Positions 37,164 through 47,050 of a stretch of 63,153 bases of DNA are shown piece by piece (within the stretch, counting starts at the first letter, position 1; each line of letters starts with the position of its first letter). A program made the translations under genes and the position numbers. Source of the DNA: a virus (Duplodnaviria; Caudoviricetes); IMG/VR virus record IMGVR_UViG_3300042881_003513, positions 1-63,153 of that record, one strand, 5' to 3'. The notes under the pieces were generated by a model that was not told the DNA's origin, searched no databases, and saw nothing but the letters and a program-made list of their open reading frames with translations.

Positions 37164-38557
37164 GCCTCGGGGCGCGCAGGGACTACGGACTTTCGCAGGC
37201 GCAGAATCGGCTGCTTGAGCCATCCACGATCTACCCGACGGCCAACGTCCGGGATCTCGTGCTCGTGGAGGACGTGCTGCTCGACGCCGGTTACACCCCG
37301 GTTCTCATTGGTACGCCACGGAAGGGCGCGAGCAACTACCGCCTCGTCTCGCAGAAAGAGGCGGATGGCGACGGAGACAAGCAATACATGCGGCGGGTGT
37401 GGGCCACGTCGCAGAACGCGCAGGAGGCGCACAACCTTTCCCTGAAGTATCTGGAGGGCGGCCACGCCGCGCCGACATACATCCGCAAGTACACGATCCT
37501 CAAGAGCGCCTACGCCGCGCTCACGGCCGGCACGCCGCTCACGGCGGTCATCGGCATCGCGCTCACCGCGGGCGGCAGCGGCTACCTGACAGCCCCCACG
37601 GTGACATTCAGCGGGGGATCGGGCACCGGGGCGGCGGCGATCGCGCAGATTCGCGACGGGGCCGTGGTCGCGCTTTTGCTCACGGCGGAGGGCACCGGAT
37701 ACGTCACGACGCCCACGGTCGCATTCAGTGGCGGCGGCGGCACGGGCGCGACGGCAACGGCATCCATCCAGGACCAGACCGCGATCCTGATCGACCAAGA
37801 GGCAGTGCCCGAGCAGGGCGAGATGGGGAACCTTTTCTACTCAGTCACGCGCGTATGGCAGACGCTACCGGGGCCGGCGACGATCCGCTACGAGATCGAC
37901 GGAGAGACGCAGACCGACGTTTCCGTGACGAAGCAGATGGTGGCGAAGCCGTCCGCGCCCTACACGCAAGTCGCCGGATCGGACATCATCTATCAGCCGA
38001 TTTCCTCGGTTCACGGATGGAAAATCACGAGCACGCTGCTGAACTTCGCTGGCATCTCCATCACGAAGACAGGGACGATTCAAATCCGCTATCCGTCCGT
38101 GGTGACTGGATCGCCGACGCTTTCCAGCTTCCAAGGCAAAGACGGATCGGTGATCGTGGATCTGAATTGGCCGATTGTCGCGGGAGGCTCGCGGCAGGCG
38201 ATTTCCACCACCACATTCACCTACGGCGATTCGGCGACGATCGTGACGGCGGATTCCTACTTCACCCCACCGTTGACAGACATGGTGTACAACGGCCTGT
38301 TCTACAACGTCAATTTGCGCGGTGTGGCGGTGGTAGGTGATGTAGTCGGCCCTCCCAATTACATAAAGGTGCCGGATTTCAACACCGCAAGCAATAACAA
38401 GAAGTGGGGCTACGTCGCCGTCGCCGGCCCGATATGGACAGGGACGAGCGGCGCGAGCGCGTTCCTGTCCGCGGTGTCCAATATCATCTACTCCTGCGAC
38501 GCCGCCCGCTGGAAATATAACCTCGTACGGCTGGCAGTCACAAGAGTCACCGGATAA
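37160..38557 (+). CDS. Tail protein
   Basis: Two GSGY.T.PTV.FSGG.GTGA.A repeats; structural module. Confidence 0.6.
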   Translation: MSLGARRDYGLSQAQNRLLEPSTIYPTANVRDLVLVEDVLLDAGYTPVLIGTPRKGASNYRLVSQKEADGDGDKQYMRRVWATSQNAQEAHNLSLKYLEGGHAAPTYIRKYTILKSAYAALTAGTPLTAVIGIALTAGGSGYLTAPTVTFSGGSGTGAAAIAQIRDGAVVALLLTAEGTGYVTTPTVAFSGGGGTGATATASIQDQTAILIDQEAVPEQGEMGNLFYSVTRVWQTLPGPATIRYEIDGETQTDVSVTKQMVAKPSAPYTQVAGSDIIYQPISSVHGWKITSTLLNFAGISITKTGTIQIRYPSVVTGSPTLSSFQGKDGSVIVDLNWPIVAGGSRQAISTTTFTYGDSATIVTADSYFTPPLTDMVYNGLFYNVNLRGVAVVGDVVGPPNYIKVPDFNTASNNKKWGYVAVAGPIWTGTSGASAFLSAVSNIIYSCDAARWKYNLVRLAVTRVTG

Positions 38558-40794
38558 TGCCTGAATCGCCCGACATTCCAGAGGAGGTCATCGCGAGAAT
38601 CCGCGAAGTCATGCCGCATTCCCTCCCGGTGCATCAACCGGAACCCGACCGGAACGAGCCGATGCCGTATCAGCGCCCGGACGGAAAGGATCTGATAGAC
38701 GGCGAGGACGAGCGCGGCTTTGCCGTGACGCCCGTTCCAAAGAGCACTTCCGGCACCATCGGCAGCTTCGTCGGACAGGTCTCGGTGTCCCCGGACACGC
38801 TGCTGAACGACTTCCCGGACGACATGGACGGGCAGACGCCGAAGATTCTCAGCGTCAGCGACGCGACTGAGATTTACGCACACGCCACGGTGGACGGGGC
38901 CGGAGTGGTGACTGCGAGGGTCGTCGCCGCGGGTGCCTCGGTGCCGGACGACGATCCGGAGTCGGGGGATTTCTATTGGCACTTGGCGAGCGTGACGATG
39001 GCGACCGATGGCGCGGATAACGTGCCCGTGATCACCGTGGATCAACACCGATGGGGGCCGATTGAGGAATTGCAGCGATACTTCCGGGAGTTCCACATTC
39101 AGCCATCCGGCGCATATCGCGCGGTGGTGTACAACGGCACGCTGTTCGGGCAACTGCCGACCGGGTTCTCGGTGGACAATAACCCGTTCTTCGAGCTGAC
39201 CGGACTCGCGAGCGGGGATAAAATCTATGCGGCGATCACGTGGGATAGGCGCGTGCTGGCGAATGGAAATATCGTCGGCACGATCACCTCGCGCACCATC
39301 GCGAAGGCGGCAGCAGTGCCGTCGAATAACGAGCTGACTGCGACGCGATACTACCTGCTTGCGACCGTCACTCTCGGTGCTGGAAACATTCCCGTCATTG
39401 CGCAAAGCCGATGGGGGCCGATTGACGATCTGCCGGGGACTGCATCGAACCCCTATCTCATGCCGCCGTCGCCGGGGACGCAAACCACCGCGCAAACAGA
39501 CTATTGGAATTTGACTGAGACGGGAAAGGGCAAGGACACAGGAGCGGCAAATCTCGCGCCGACTTACGACTCTGTGCAGTTGAACAAAACGGGCTTTGTG
39601 CGGTTTGTCACCGACGACGGCGATCTGAAAGCATTCGTCCGCCCGGCCACAATCAACTCCATCGGGCAGATAACACTCGCAGGCCCGGAAGACCTTGCCG
39701 TGGACTTCCCGTCGCTGACGCTGGAGTTCGGAACGCTCGGCTACACCGGAGGCACTCCCGGCGGCACCATCACCGGCACATGGAACGATGGCTTCACCTT
39801 AGACCTCCTGCTGCCCTACACGGTTTTCGGAACCCCGGTGACACTCTCGCCGGGATCGTCGGTCAGCGTGAGCGGACAGGGAATCACAGGCGACCCGCTG
39901 ATATTCAGCATCCCAAGGGGTGACGTAGGGGAGACTGGGCCGACTGGGCCGACCGGGGCCACCGGAGCGACGGGGCCGACTGGGCCGGCAGGTGGGCCGC
40001 TCTCGATGCACACCATCGGCGGCTCCAACTTCGACGGGACTCAGGATGTGACCAGCTTCCCGGTGCCGGGGCCAATCGGCGGGACGACGCCGGACACGAT
40101 TGCGGGGACGACGGGGACGTTTGATTCCACGCTGACAGTTGGTGCCCACAGCAGCGCAGGCACGATCAACGTCAAGAACTCCAGTGGCACCACCACAGCG
40201 TCCATTGACGGCAGCGACGGCTCTGCCCAGTTCGGATATAACGGCGGGAATATAGGGTTGATGATTGACCAATCCGGCAACATCACCACTAACAATAATG
40301 CCGACGCAACCTTACACGCCTTCATCGCGGAGGACAGTGTCAGCGCCGCTAATGGTGCAGTTACCCTCGGAGCTAACACAGGCACCGACGCATGGATTCA
40401 CAGCGATGGCACCGCCTCGTTCGCGAGTGGTGGCTTGGAGATCGACCAATACGGCAACATCACTACCAACAACAACGCCTCGGCGGACTTGTACGATCTC
40501 ACTGCATCCAACACAATCAACTCTGCTGAAGGAGGCACGCTTGGTAGTGCAGGGGTGAGCTTCAAGAGCCTCCGACACGGCACAACCGGCGCAATGGTGG
40601 CGGGCGTGGTGACCGTGACCGACGGTGCCTGCACCGCAAACACGCGTTACTTCTTCACCGTCCACACCATCGGCACCGTGGCGAATCCATCAACATACCG
40701 CGTGACGACGCGCACCACAAACACGTCGTTCGTCGTCACGGCATCTGACTTGACAGACACGAGCACGCTGGACTGGTTTGCCATCGAACCTTGA
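38557..40794 (+). CDS. Tail fibre with collagen-like stretch
   Basis: (Gxx)n GPTGATG run; internal repeats RWGPI and GNITTNNNA. Confidence 0.7.
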   Translation: MPESPDIPEEVIARIREVMPHSLPVHQPEPDRNEPMPYQRPDGKDLIDGEDERGFAVTPVPKSTSGTIGSFVGQVSVSPDTLLNDFPDDMDGQTPKILSVSDATEIYAHATVDGAGVVTARVVAAGASVPDDDPESGDFYWHLASVTMATDGADNVPVITVDQHRWGPIEELQRYFREFHIQPSGAYRAVVYNGTLFGQLPTGFSVDNNPFFELTGLASGDKIYAAITWDRRVLANGNIVGTITSRTIAKAAAVPSNNELTATRYYLLATVTLGAGNIPVIAQSRWGPIDDLPGTASNPYLMPPSPGTQTTAQTDYWNLTETGKGKDTGAANLAPTYDSVQLNKTGFVRFVTDDGDLKAFVRPATINSIGQITLAGPEDLAVDFPSLTLEFGTLGYTGGTPGGTITGTWNDGFTLDLLLPYTVFGTPVTLSPGSSVSVSGQGITGDPLIFSIPRGDVGETGPTGPTGATGATGPTGPAGGPLSMHTIGGSNFDGTQDVTSFPVPGPIGGTTPDTIAGTTGTFDSTLTVGAHSSAGTINVKNSSGTTTASIDGSDGSAQFGYNGGNIGLMIDQSGNITTNNNADATLHAFIAEDSVSAANGAVTLGANTGTDAWIHSDGTASFASGGLEIDQYGNITTNNNASADLYDLTASNTINSAEGGTLGSAGVSFKSLRHGTTGAMVAGVVTVTDGACTANTRYFFTVHTIGTVANPSTYRVTTRTTNTSFVVTASDLTDTSTLDWFAIEP

Positions 40795-40866
40795 TCAACC
40801 CGTAGTGACATCCGCCCGCCCCGAATCGTCTTGCACCGAACCGCGCCCGGCCATAAAACGGCAGCA

Positions 40867-41337
40867 ATGTCACCGGACGACCTCAGATCATTGACCGCGA
40901 AGGGCTACGTCCGCGGGGAGGACGGCGTGTGGAGCAGACCGGATTCCGAGCGTCGGCCGGGCGCGCCGGCAGTGTCCGAAGTGGAAAAGCTTGCAAAGGC
41001 GTGCGGCCCGAAGGTGAGCCCGCTCGTGCGGAAGTTCGAGGAAATCTGGCGCAGGCTGCAAGGCCCGCACCTGACGCCCGAGCACCGATTCATGAAGGAG
41101 CGGAAGTTTCGCTTCGACTTCGCGCACCTGGTCGCGCACGTCGCCGTCGAATTAGAGGGCGGCATCCACTCAGGCGGACGGCACAATCGGGCGAGCGGCT
41201 TCAAGAAGGACTGCGAGAAATACAACTTTGCCGCGCGCGACGGCTGGATCCTTTTCCGGCTCTGCACAGGAATGGTCACGGACGCGAACGTGATCCCGAT
41301 CATCGCGGTCATCCGCCGCAAACTTTCCGAATCATGA
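40867..41337 (+). CDS. PD-(D/E)XK endonuclease (DUF559/Vsr-like)
   Basis: EHRF...RFDFA...AVELEGG...H...DCEKYN...GW. Confidence 0.8.
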   Translation: MSPDDLRSLTAKGYVRGEDGVWSRPDSERRPGAPAVSEVEKLAKACGPKVSPLVRKFEEIWRRLQGPHLTPEHRFMKERKFRFDFAHLVAHVAVELEGGIHSGGRHNRASGFKKDCEKYNFAARDGWILFRLCTGMVTDANVIPIIAVIRRKLSES

Positions 41338-41648
41338 ACAAACCATCCAAGATCAAGATCGACGTCTCGAAAATCCTAAAGGAGCACCTTTTCAAAGGAC
41401 AGAAGGGCACCTACCTCGACTGCGCCATCTGGCCCAACAAGAACGGCACGGGCGAATACGGCGACACGCACTACATCACGCAGGAGATTTCCAAGGAGGC
41501 GCGCGACCGCGGCGAGAGGGGCGCGATCATCGGGAGCCTCACATGGATCGAGGAACCGAAAGCCGCGCCCGCCCCGAGGCCGTCGCAGCCGCAGCGTCCG
41601 ACGCCGCCCGACGATCCCGATGCGCGGGGTGATGATGTGCCGTTCTAA
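41334..41648 (+). CDS. Putative single-stranded DNA-binding protein
   Basis: KIDVSKI...GTYLD; Pro-rich linker; acidic C-terminus DDVPF. Confidence 0.65.
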   Translation: MNKPSKIKIDVSKILKEHLFKGQKGTYLDCAIWPNKNGTGEYGDTHYITQEISKEARDRGERGAIIGSLTWIEEPKAAPAPRPSQPQRPTPPDDPDARGDDVPF

Positions 41649-41784
41649 AAAAGCGCCACCAAAAAATAATTTCACCCGCGATTTCCGCGCAGCACGCAGG
41701 GAACAAACAACTTACGAGGTCAAGCAGAATCTCAAAAAAAGATTTCTGTTGCCAGATTGGGACATTTGGGGCCAAGTGTGCGGC

Positions 41785-41916
41785 ATGACAAAAGCAGACG
41801 ATTACAGGGCGCGCATTCCGAAAAGGCTGCTCGCCAAGATCAAAAGAAAGGCACGCGAGGCCCGAAGAACCATCCCGAGCGAAATCATTCTCGCCATCGA
41901 GAAGCACGTCGCCTGA
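41785..41916 (+). CDS. Arc-like ribbon-helix-helix regulator
   Basis: YRARIPKRLLAKIKRKAREARRTIPSEII; promoter-like sequence abutting the ATG. Confidence 0.7.
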   Translation: MTKADDYRARIPKRLLAKIKRKAREARRTIPSEIILAIEKHVA

Positions 41917-41950
41917 AAAAAATAACTGCCATGTTCACGAAAGGAACCAA

Positions 41951-42205
41951 ATGACCACCGCGCCCATCTGGAAGCAGTTCAATGACTGCAAAACAATCGC
42001 TGACGCCGTGCGCGTGTCACACGCAATCTTTCAGGCCGTGGCCGACAACGGATTCTTCCGCGGTGAACCACTCGCTACTGTGCCGCGCCCGATTCGTCGC
42101 CCCGATGATTTGAAGGGGTGGAAGAAGAAAGTGCTGAAATGGACGCGCACGCTGCCCGCCTCCCTCCTCGCTCACTTCAAGCAAATCCACACACTCACAA
42201 AATGA
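41951..42205 (+). CDS. Hypothetical protein
   Basis: ORF with A/C-rich leader. Confidence 0.5.
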   Translation: MTTAPIWKQFNDCKTIADAVRVSHAIFQAVADNGFFRGEPLATVPRPIRRPDDLKGWKKKVLKWTRTLPASLLAHFKQIHTLTK

Positions 42206-42306
42206 ACCCGCTATCACCACTCTGGAACCGCGCCCGAATCGCCATCGCGCTCGGTGCCGTCCTCGCCATCGTCGTCGCAACTCAAATCCTCGTGAACCGC
42301 AAATGA
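42202..42306 (+). CDS. Small TM peptide
   Basis: ATGA overlaps on both sides; one TM helix. Confidence 0.45.
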   Translation: MNPLSPLWNRARIAIALGAVLAIVVATQILVNRK

Positions 42307-42587
42307 CTCTCGCCGACGCCGAAATCAAAACCGGACTCCAAGGCCGCGAAGTGCCGAGGATCGACCGGGAGAAGTTTAGCATGGGGCCAGCGCAGGCCGA
42401 CCGCTTCAACTCCGTCGGCGATCCGCACCGATGCCAGCTTGGGAAGTGGGTGCTGGAGAAGGGCGTCGTGACGCTCAAGGATAACGACGGCACCTATTAC
42501 AAGGCGTGGTGGCAGGATCACATTTTCCACCTTGTCGGCTACGGCCCGACGTTCGCCGACGCCTGCGAAATGGCGCTCGGCAAGTAA
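42303..42587 (+). CDS. Hypothetical protein
   Basis: Coupled ORF, GC3-rich. Confidence 0.55.
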   Translation: MTLADAEIKTGLQGREVPRIDREKFSMGPAQADRFNSVGDPHRCQLGKWVLEKGVVTLKDNDGTYYKAWWQDHIFHLVGYGPTFADACEMALGK

Positions 42588-42616
42588 CTCAACAACCAAC
42601 CAACCACACAACCACA

Positions 42617-43531
42617 ATGTCAGACCAACAACTCGCAGCTACCACCAACAAACCGAGCGCCCTCGCAGTCATGGCCGCGCGCTTCTCGCTTGAACCGAGC
42701 AAGCTCCTCTCCACGCTCAAGGCGACCGTATTCAAGGGCGCGTCGGACGACGAGATGTGCGCGCTCGTCGTCGTCGCCAATGAATATGGGCTGAACCCGC
42801 TCACGAAGGAAATCTACGCCTTCCCCGCCAAGGGCGGCGGCATCGTGCCCGTCGTCTCGATTGACGGCTGGATCAACCGCATGAACTCGCATCCGCAGTT
42901 CGACGGCATCGAGTTCGCCGACAGCTTCGACGCCGCCGGAAAGCCGGTGAGCGTCACAGCGTCCATCTTCCGAAAGGATCGCACGCGCCCGACCATCGTG
43001 ACCGAATACTACGGGGAGTGCTACCGCAGCTCCGATCCGTGGAATAAGTGCCCGGCGCGGATGCTCCGGCATAAGGCGCTCATGCAGTGCGTGCGCGTGG
43101 CGTTTGGCTTTGCTGGCGTGCATGACGAGGACGACGCAGCCGCGATCACTTCATCTGTGACGATCTCCGAAATCCCGCGCGCCCAACTCACTGACACGCG
43201 CGCAGTCGAGGCAGAAGTGATCCCGCCGGACAAGCGTCCCGATCCGCGCCCGAAGGCAGAGAAGCCCAAGGCGAAGCCCGAACCCGCGCCCGAAAAGACG
43301 CCGGCACCCGCGAGTGATCCCGCTCCCGCTCCCGAAACTCCCCTCGGAAAGCTGCGCGCGATGCTCGCGGAAGGCGGATGGACCGATGACGAATGCGTGA
43401 AACTCGCGATCTCGGTGTTCCCGGCTCTCAAGCACATCAAGACCGTGGACGAGATCCCGGCCTCGAGGATCGCTGACATCATCGAGGACTGGGCCACCGC
43501 CGAGGGCGCGATGAAGACGATCAGGGGGTAG
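42617..43531 (+). CDS. bet: RecT/Red-beta family ssDNA-annealing recombinase
   Basis: YGLNPLTKEIYAFP.KGGGIVPVVSIDGW, HPQFDG, PW...P.RMLRHKA.MQC.R.AFG. Confidence 0.9.
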   Translation: MSDQQLAATTNKPSALAVMAARFSLEPSKLLSTLKATVFKGASDDEMCALVVVANEYGLNPLTKEIYAFPAKGGGIVPVVSIDGWINRMNSHPQFDGIEFADSFDAAGKPVSVTASIFRKDRTRPTIVTEYYGECYRSSDPWNKCPARMLRHKALMQCVRVAFGFAGVHDEDDAAAITSSVTISEIPRAQLTDTRAVEAEVIPPDKRPDPRPKAEKPKAKPEPAPEKTPAPASDPAPAPETPLGKLRAMLAEGGWTDDECVKLAISVFPALKHIKTVDEIPASRIADIIEDWATAEGAMKTIRG

Positions 43532-43533
43532 CC

Positions 43534-43734
43534 ATGCCCGAAGGCAAAAGGATCACCACGCTGGAGCAACTCGCCGCGGCGAGCGCGGCGAAGAAGGCGA
43601 TTGTCACACGCACTCAGTTCTTCACCAACCGGCACATGCCCGCTGCCTTTATCCTCAATATGTCCGGCAGCGTGCTCCACTGCATGATGAGGCAAGGAAT
43701 GTTCATCTACACCCCGAAAAAATCCGAACCATGA
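43534..43734 (+). CDS. Hypothetical protein
   Basis: Coupled small ORF. Confidence 0.5.
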   Translation: MPEGKRITTLEQLAAASAAKKAIVTRTQFFTNRHMPAAFILNMSGSVLHCMMRQGMFIYTPKKSEP

Positions 43735-44864
43735 TCAGATCATCCACATCCCCATCCAATTTGCACAGGCGCGTGCGCTGCCCTGGCTCGCACGCGGCTG
43801 AATTGGGCCTGCCCGAGCAGAACAGCGAATACGCCGAGGAAGGCACCCGCCTGCACGCCGCGCTGGAAGACAGCGCGGGATGCGAAGGACTCGACGAAAA
43901 GCAGATCGAACTCGTGCTTTCGACACGGGAAATCTTCGCCGAGGTCATCGAGCGCACGGTCGCTGCGATGGCGATTCCGCCGGATGCACCGTTCACAGAG
44001 GGCTACGAGCGCGAGCTTCGCGTGCGGAGCAAGCTGCGCACGGTGATGATCGGCCATTGCGACCATTGGCGCTACTACCCCGATCAGAAGGTGCTGGTGA
44101 TCACGGACGCCAAGTTCGGATTCATCGAAGTCACGCCGGCCCCGCTTAACCTTCAACTGCGCGCATACGCGGTGATGGGCTCACAGGAGTGGGATGTTGA
44201 ACATGCCGTCGTCGCCATCGCGCAGCCTCGCGCCGGCATGATCGACGACGCCGAGAAACTGACGATCGCGCAGTATGACCGCGCCGACCTCGCCCTAGCT
44301 CACGCGCAGATTCTTGAATGGGAGTGCGAATGGTTGAAGCCGTTCGCGCCGCGCGTGCCTTCCGAGGATGCGTGCAGGTATTGCAAGGCCAAGCTGCTTT
44401 GCAATCAGTACGCCGAGCGGATGGGATCGCTGAAGGGTGATGTCGTCGCCGGGATTGCTGATCTGCCGGAGGATCGGTTTGCCCTGCTTTTCGAGGCGCT
44501 GAAAATCGCGGCGAAAGCCGACACGCAAAAAGCAATCTTGGCCGAGGCCCGCGTGCGCGTCGCCGAGGGGCGGCTACCCGGCTACCGACTCAAGCCGAAC
44601 GCAGCGCGACGGTCGATCACCGACAACGCGAAGGCGTCGGCGATCCTTCGGGACGGGCTTGCGTTCACGCAGGATGAGATCGCGGAAGCGAGTTCGCTTT
44701 CACTCGGCGAGGCCGTGACCGTGCTTCGCCGCAAAGTGAAGTTCAAAAACGAGGCCGAGGCGACCAAGTGCCTGCGCGACACGCTGGCGTCGGTGATCGA
44801 ACTCAAAACGCCGGAACCGAGCGTGGTTCCGGTTTCATCGCATGATGCTGCGAGGACTGTGTAG
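43731..44864 (+). CDS. PD-(D/E)XK exonuclease, DUF2800/Cas4-like
   Basis: SPS...CPGS, AEEGTRLH, GHCD, DAKFG, QLRAYA, CRYCKAK..C. Confidence 0.85.
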   Translation: MIRSSTSPSNLHRRVRCPGSHAAELGLPEQNSEYAEEGTRLHAALEDSAGCEGLDEKQIELVLSTREIFAEVIERTVAAMAIPPDAPFTEGYERELRVRSKLRTVMIGHCDHWRYYPDQKVLVITDAKFGFIEVTPAPLNLQLRAYAVMGSQEWDVEHAVVAIAQPRAGMIDDAEKLTIAQYDRADLALAHAQILEWECEWLKPFAPRVPSEDACRYCKAKLLCNQYAERMGSLKGDVVAGIADLPEDRFALLFEALKIAAKADTQKAILAEARVRVAEGRLPGYRLKPNAARRSITDNAKASAILRDGLAFTQDEIAEASSLSLGEAVTVLRRKVKFKNEAEATKCLRDTLASVIELKTPEPSVVPVSSHDAARTV

Positions 44865-44982
44865 CGATGAAGCTCAAGGGATGCACCGGGAACGCGCTCC
44901 GAAACGGGACTGACTTCATGACTACCAACACGCCTCCTCAACTGAACGCCAGGGTGCCGTCCGTATCATCCGCTGGTTCGGA
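44859..44982 (-). other. attC-1 (degenerate, distal)
   Basis: AGC-N6-GCTCAAG-GGATG-CACC ... GGTG-C-CGTCC ... N5-GTTCGG; L-box pairing decayed. Confidence 0.5.
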
Positions 44983-45934
44983 GCCGGATTTAGTCGGCGC
45001 GAGCACACGATGCGATGGGAGCCGTGGCGGTGCGCGTGGTGTGCGGTCGGATTCAGATTTGGCACCGGACAAGAGGCCCAATGGAGTCAGCGTGGCGCTT
45101 GCTTCCGCGCAAGGTAGTCCGGTGCCATTCACTTTGCTGGCTGGCGACTGCCGCGAGACTTTGCGCGGGCTGCCGGCCGCGTGCGCGCAATGCTGCGTGA
45201 CCTCGCCGCCATACTGGAATCTCCGCGACTACGGGCACGCCGACCAAATCGGGCAGGAGGCGACGCCAGAGGAATACGTTGCCAGTCTCGTGAAGGTGTT
45301 TCGCGAAGTCCGGCGGGTGCTCGCGCCCGATGGGACACTGTGGCTGAACCTCGGAGATACCTACTGGAAGAAGCAACTCGTCGGCATCCCGTGGCGCGTG
45401 GCGCTTGCTTTGCAGGCGGATTCGTGGTGGCTGCGCTCGGAAATCATCTGGCATAAAGAAAACGCGATGCCGGAGAGCACGACGGACCGGCCAAGTCGTA
45501 GCCACGAAACAATCTTTCTGTTCGGTGCCTCCGAGAGCTACCGTTACGACGCAGAAGCAATCAAAGAGCCGATCCAGTCAGACCGCGCGCCGAGCCGAAA
45601 GGCGAAGGCCACTGGCGCGGGGCACTCCGAACTTCGAGGAGGCACACCCTACGACGGGAGCGGGACGCATCGCAACCGCCGCACGGTCTGGACGGTGCCA
45701 ACGGCACCGTATCCGAATGCTCACTTCGCCGTTTATCCGGCGACTCTCATCGCGCCTTGTATCCTCGCCGGGAGTCAGCCCGGCGAGGTGGTGCTCGATC
45801 CTTTCGGCGGGAGTGGAACGACGGGAGCCACCGCGCTGACTCTCGGGAGAAAAACGATCCTGTGCGAACTCAACCCGGAATACGCGAAGCTCATCGAGCA
45901 ACGCACGACAACCACCTTTGGATTGCCTCTATGA
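44918..45934 (+). CDS. DNA methyltransferase, N4-C/N6-A family (beta class)
   Basis: GDC, VTSPPYW, HFAVYP, VLDPFGGSGTT; alternative ATG at 44867. Confidence 0.9.
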   Translation: MTTNTPPQLNARVPSVSSAGSEPDLVGASTRCDGSRGGARGVRSDSDLAPDKRPNGVSVALASAQGSPVPFTLLAGDCRETLRGLPAACAQCCVTSPPYWNLRDYGHADQIGQEATPEEYVASLVKVFREVRRVLAPDGTLWLNLGDTYWKKQLVGIPWRVALALQADSWWLRSEIIWHKENAMPESTTDRPSRSHETIFLFGASESYRYDAEAIKEPIQSDRAPSRKAKATGAGHSELRGGTPYDGSGTHRNRRTVWTVPTAPYPNAHFAVYPATLIAPCILAGSQPGEVVLDPFGGSGTTGATALTLGRKTILCELNPEYAKLIEQRTTTTFGLPL

Positions 45935-46152
45935 ACCGTCCAAATTACGACAACGTAGCTGACGCAATACGCGGCGCAATGGCTAGGCTGTGCCGGGCTG
46001 TATCACGTCGAATGATGCCGGATGAACCAACGCCGGAAGATAGGATCGAGATGCTGGAGGCATACGCGGCGGCGTGCGCCTTGCTGGAGTCATGCCAGCC
46101 GAACGACAAGCTCTGCCGCGAGCAGGGCGGAAAGGACTCCGATGGCAGGTGA
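45931..46152 (+). CDS. Hypothetical cassette protein
   Basis: ATGA-coupled; ends inside attC-2. Confidence 0.55.
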   Translation: MNRPNYDNVADAIRGAMARLCRAVSRRMMPDEPTPEDRIEMLEAYAAACALLESCQPNDKLCREQGGKDSDGR

Positions 46153-46191
46153 ACCGCGGCGACATGGAGACGGCGCAGCGCATGGTTCGCT
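46098..46191 (-). other. attC-2
   Basis: GCCGAAC-N5-GCT-CTGCCG ... CGGCG-C-AGC-N5-GTTCGCT. Confidence 0.7.
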
Positions 46192-46375
46192 TCCTCGCCT
46201 ACCCGCAAGACCTTGGGTTGCGAGTCAGCAATACTCCATGCGCTTCATCCTCTCACGAGACAACGAAATACTGTGGCGGTGTGACTTCGTGCCGATGCCG
46301 GTACTCAAGGCGATGGTGGACGCCGCCAATGCAGCAATGGAAGCGAACGAAAAGCTCACCGACGCGCCGGGATAG
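46142..46375 (+). CDS. Hypothetical cassette protein
   Basis: Starts in attC-2, ends in attC-3 (ANEKLTDAPG). Confidence 0.5.
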   Translation: MAGEPRRHGDGAAHGSLPRLPARPWVASQQYSMRFILSRDNEILWRCDFVPMPVLKAMVDAANAAMEANEKLTDAPG

Positions 46376-46461
46376 CGCGTCAAAAACACACTGACTCTTA
46401 TGAAAAAGATACCCATCAAAAACACGAAGAAGGCGCGTTCGAGTGCAGCGCATGGTTCGGC
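46342..46461 (-). other. attC-3
   Basis: AGCGAAC-N5-GCT-CAC-CGA-CGCGCC ... GGCGCG-T-TCG-A-GTG-C-AGC-N5-GTTCGGC. Confidence 0.9.
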
Positions 46462-46663
46462 GCACTCGTTGGCTGCAACTATTGCCGCCGCCCTGTTCAC
46501 GAGCGGGGACGGCAAGAGGGCGTCCAGACTACATTTCATCCTCGAAAGCGGGGACGTGTGGGGCGGCTGGAGTGAAGCGGCAGTCGCAGCACAGATCGAG
46601 AAGCTGCTCAGTGCGCCGAACGATGGAACTTACGGACAGACCCCTCACAACCCGACCACATGA
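46400..46663 (+). CDS. Hypothetical cassette protein
   Basis: Starts in the attC-3 loop, ends in attC-4. Confidence 0.6.
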   Translation: MKKIPIKNTKKARSSAAHGSAHSLAATIAAALFTSGDGKRASRLHFILESGDVWGGWSEAAVAAQIEKLLSAPNDGTYGQTPHNPTT

Positions 46664-46800
46664 GCACGCCAAGAATCTGCCCAAGCTGCAATAACTACCT
46701 GTTTGACGACGAAGCGCCGAAATGCGTCTGCGCAAATAACTGCGCGCCCGAACCGGAGCGTTCGAGTGAGGGGGCTGTTACGTGCAGTGACTTGATCTGC
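46615..46800 (-). other. attC-4 (GAT/ATC core)
   Basis: GCCGAAC-N6-ACT-TACG-GACAG-A-CCCCTCAC ... GTGAGGGG-G-CTGTT-A-CGTG-C-AGT-N5-GATCTGC. Confidence 0.8.
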
Positions 46801-46977
46801 GAATGGGAAGCCGCGCTCTCGACGGCAGAGAAGATGATGAAGGAGACCGAACGCAAGGAAGGCTCCACATACTACTACTGGCAGGGGCGATACGATGAGG
46901 CCGAAAGCGCGTTGGATCGGGCGCGGAGACATTCGCAGATCGGTGAGCACAGCAACACGCCGACACCACACCAATGA
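46660..46977 (+). CDS. Hypothetical cassette protein with Cys cluster
   Basis: CPSC...CVC encoded in the attC-4 loop; ATGA-coupled at both ends. Confidence 0.6.
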   Translation: MSTPRICPSCNNYLFDDEAPKCVCANNCAPEPERSSEGAVTCSDLICEWEAALSTAEKMMKETERKEGSTYYYWQGRYDEAESALDRARRHSQIGEHSNTPTPHQ

Positions 46978-47050
46978 GCACTCCACCTGACCTACTCACT
47001 CCGCACGGCAGCACGACAACAGGCGTGTTTGCTGCTGCGGCTGGTTATCT
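46935..47050 (-). other. attC-5
   Basis: GCAGATC-N5-GCA-CAGCA-ACACGCC ... GGCGTGT-T-TGCTG-C-TGC-N5-GTTATCT. Confidence 0.88.

Noticed and set aside
38557-40794. Diversity-generating retroelement acting on the fibre repeats
   Set aside because: No reverse transcriptase gene and no adenine-specific TR/VR pair seen
43731-44864. Cas4 as part of a CRISPR system
   Set aside because: It is the common stand-alone phage DUF2800-type exonuclease next to the Bet recombinase
45060-45127. 11-bp inverted repeat TGGCACCGGAC/GTCCGGTGCCA in the MTase 5' region as a ninth attC
   Set aside because: Lacks R boxes, unpaired spacer and extrahelical bases
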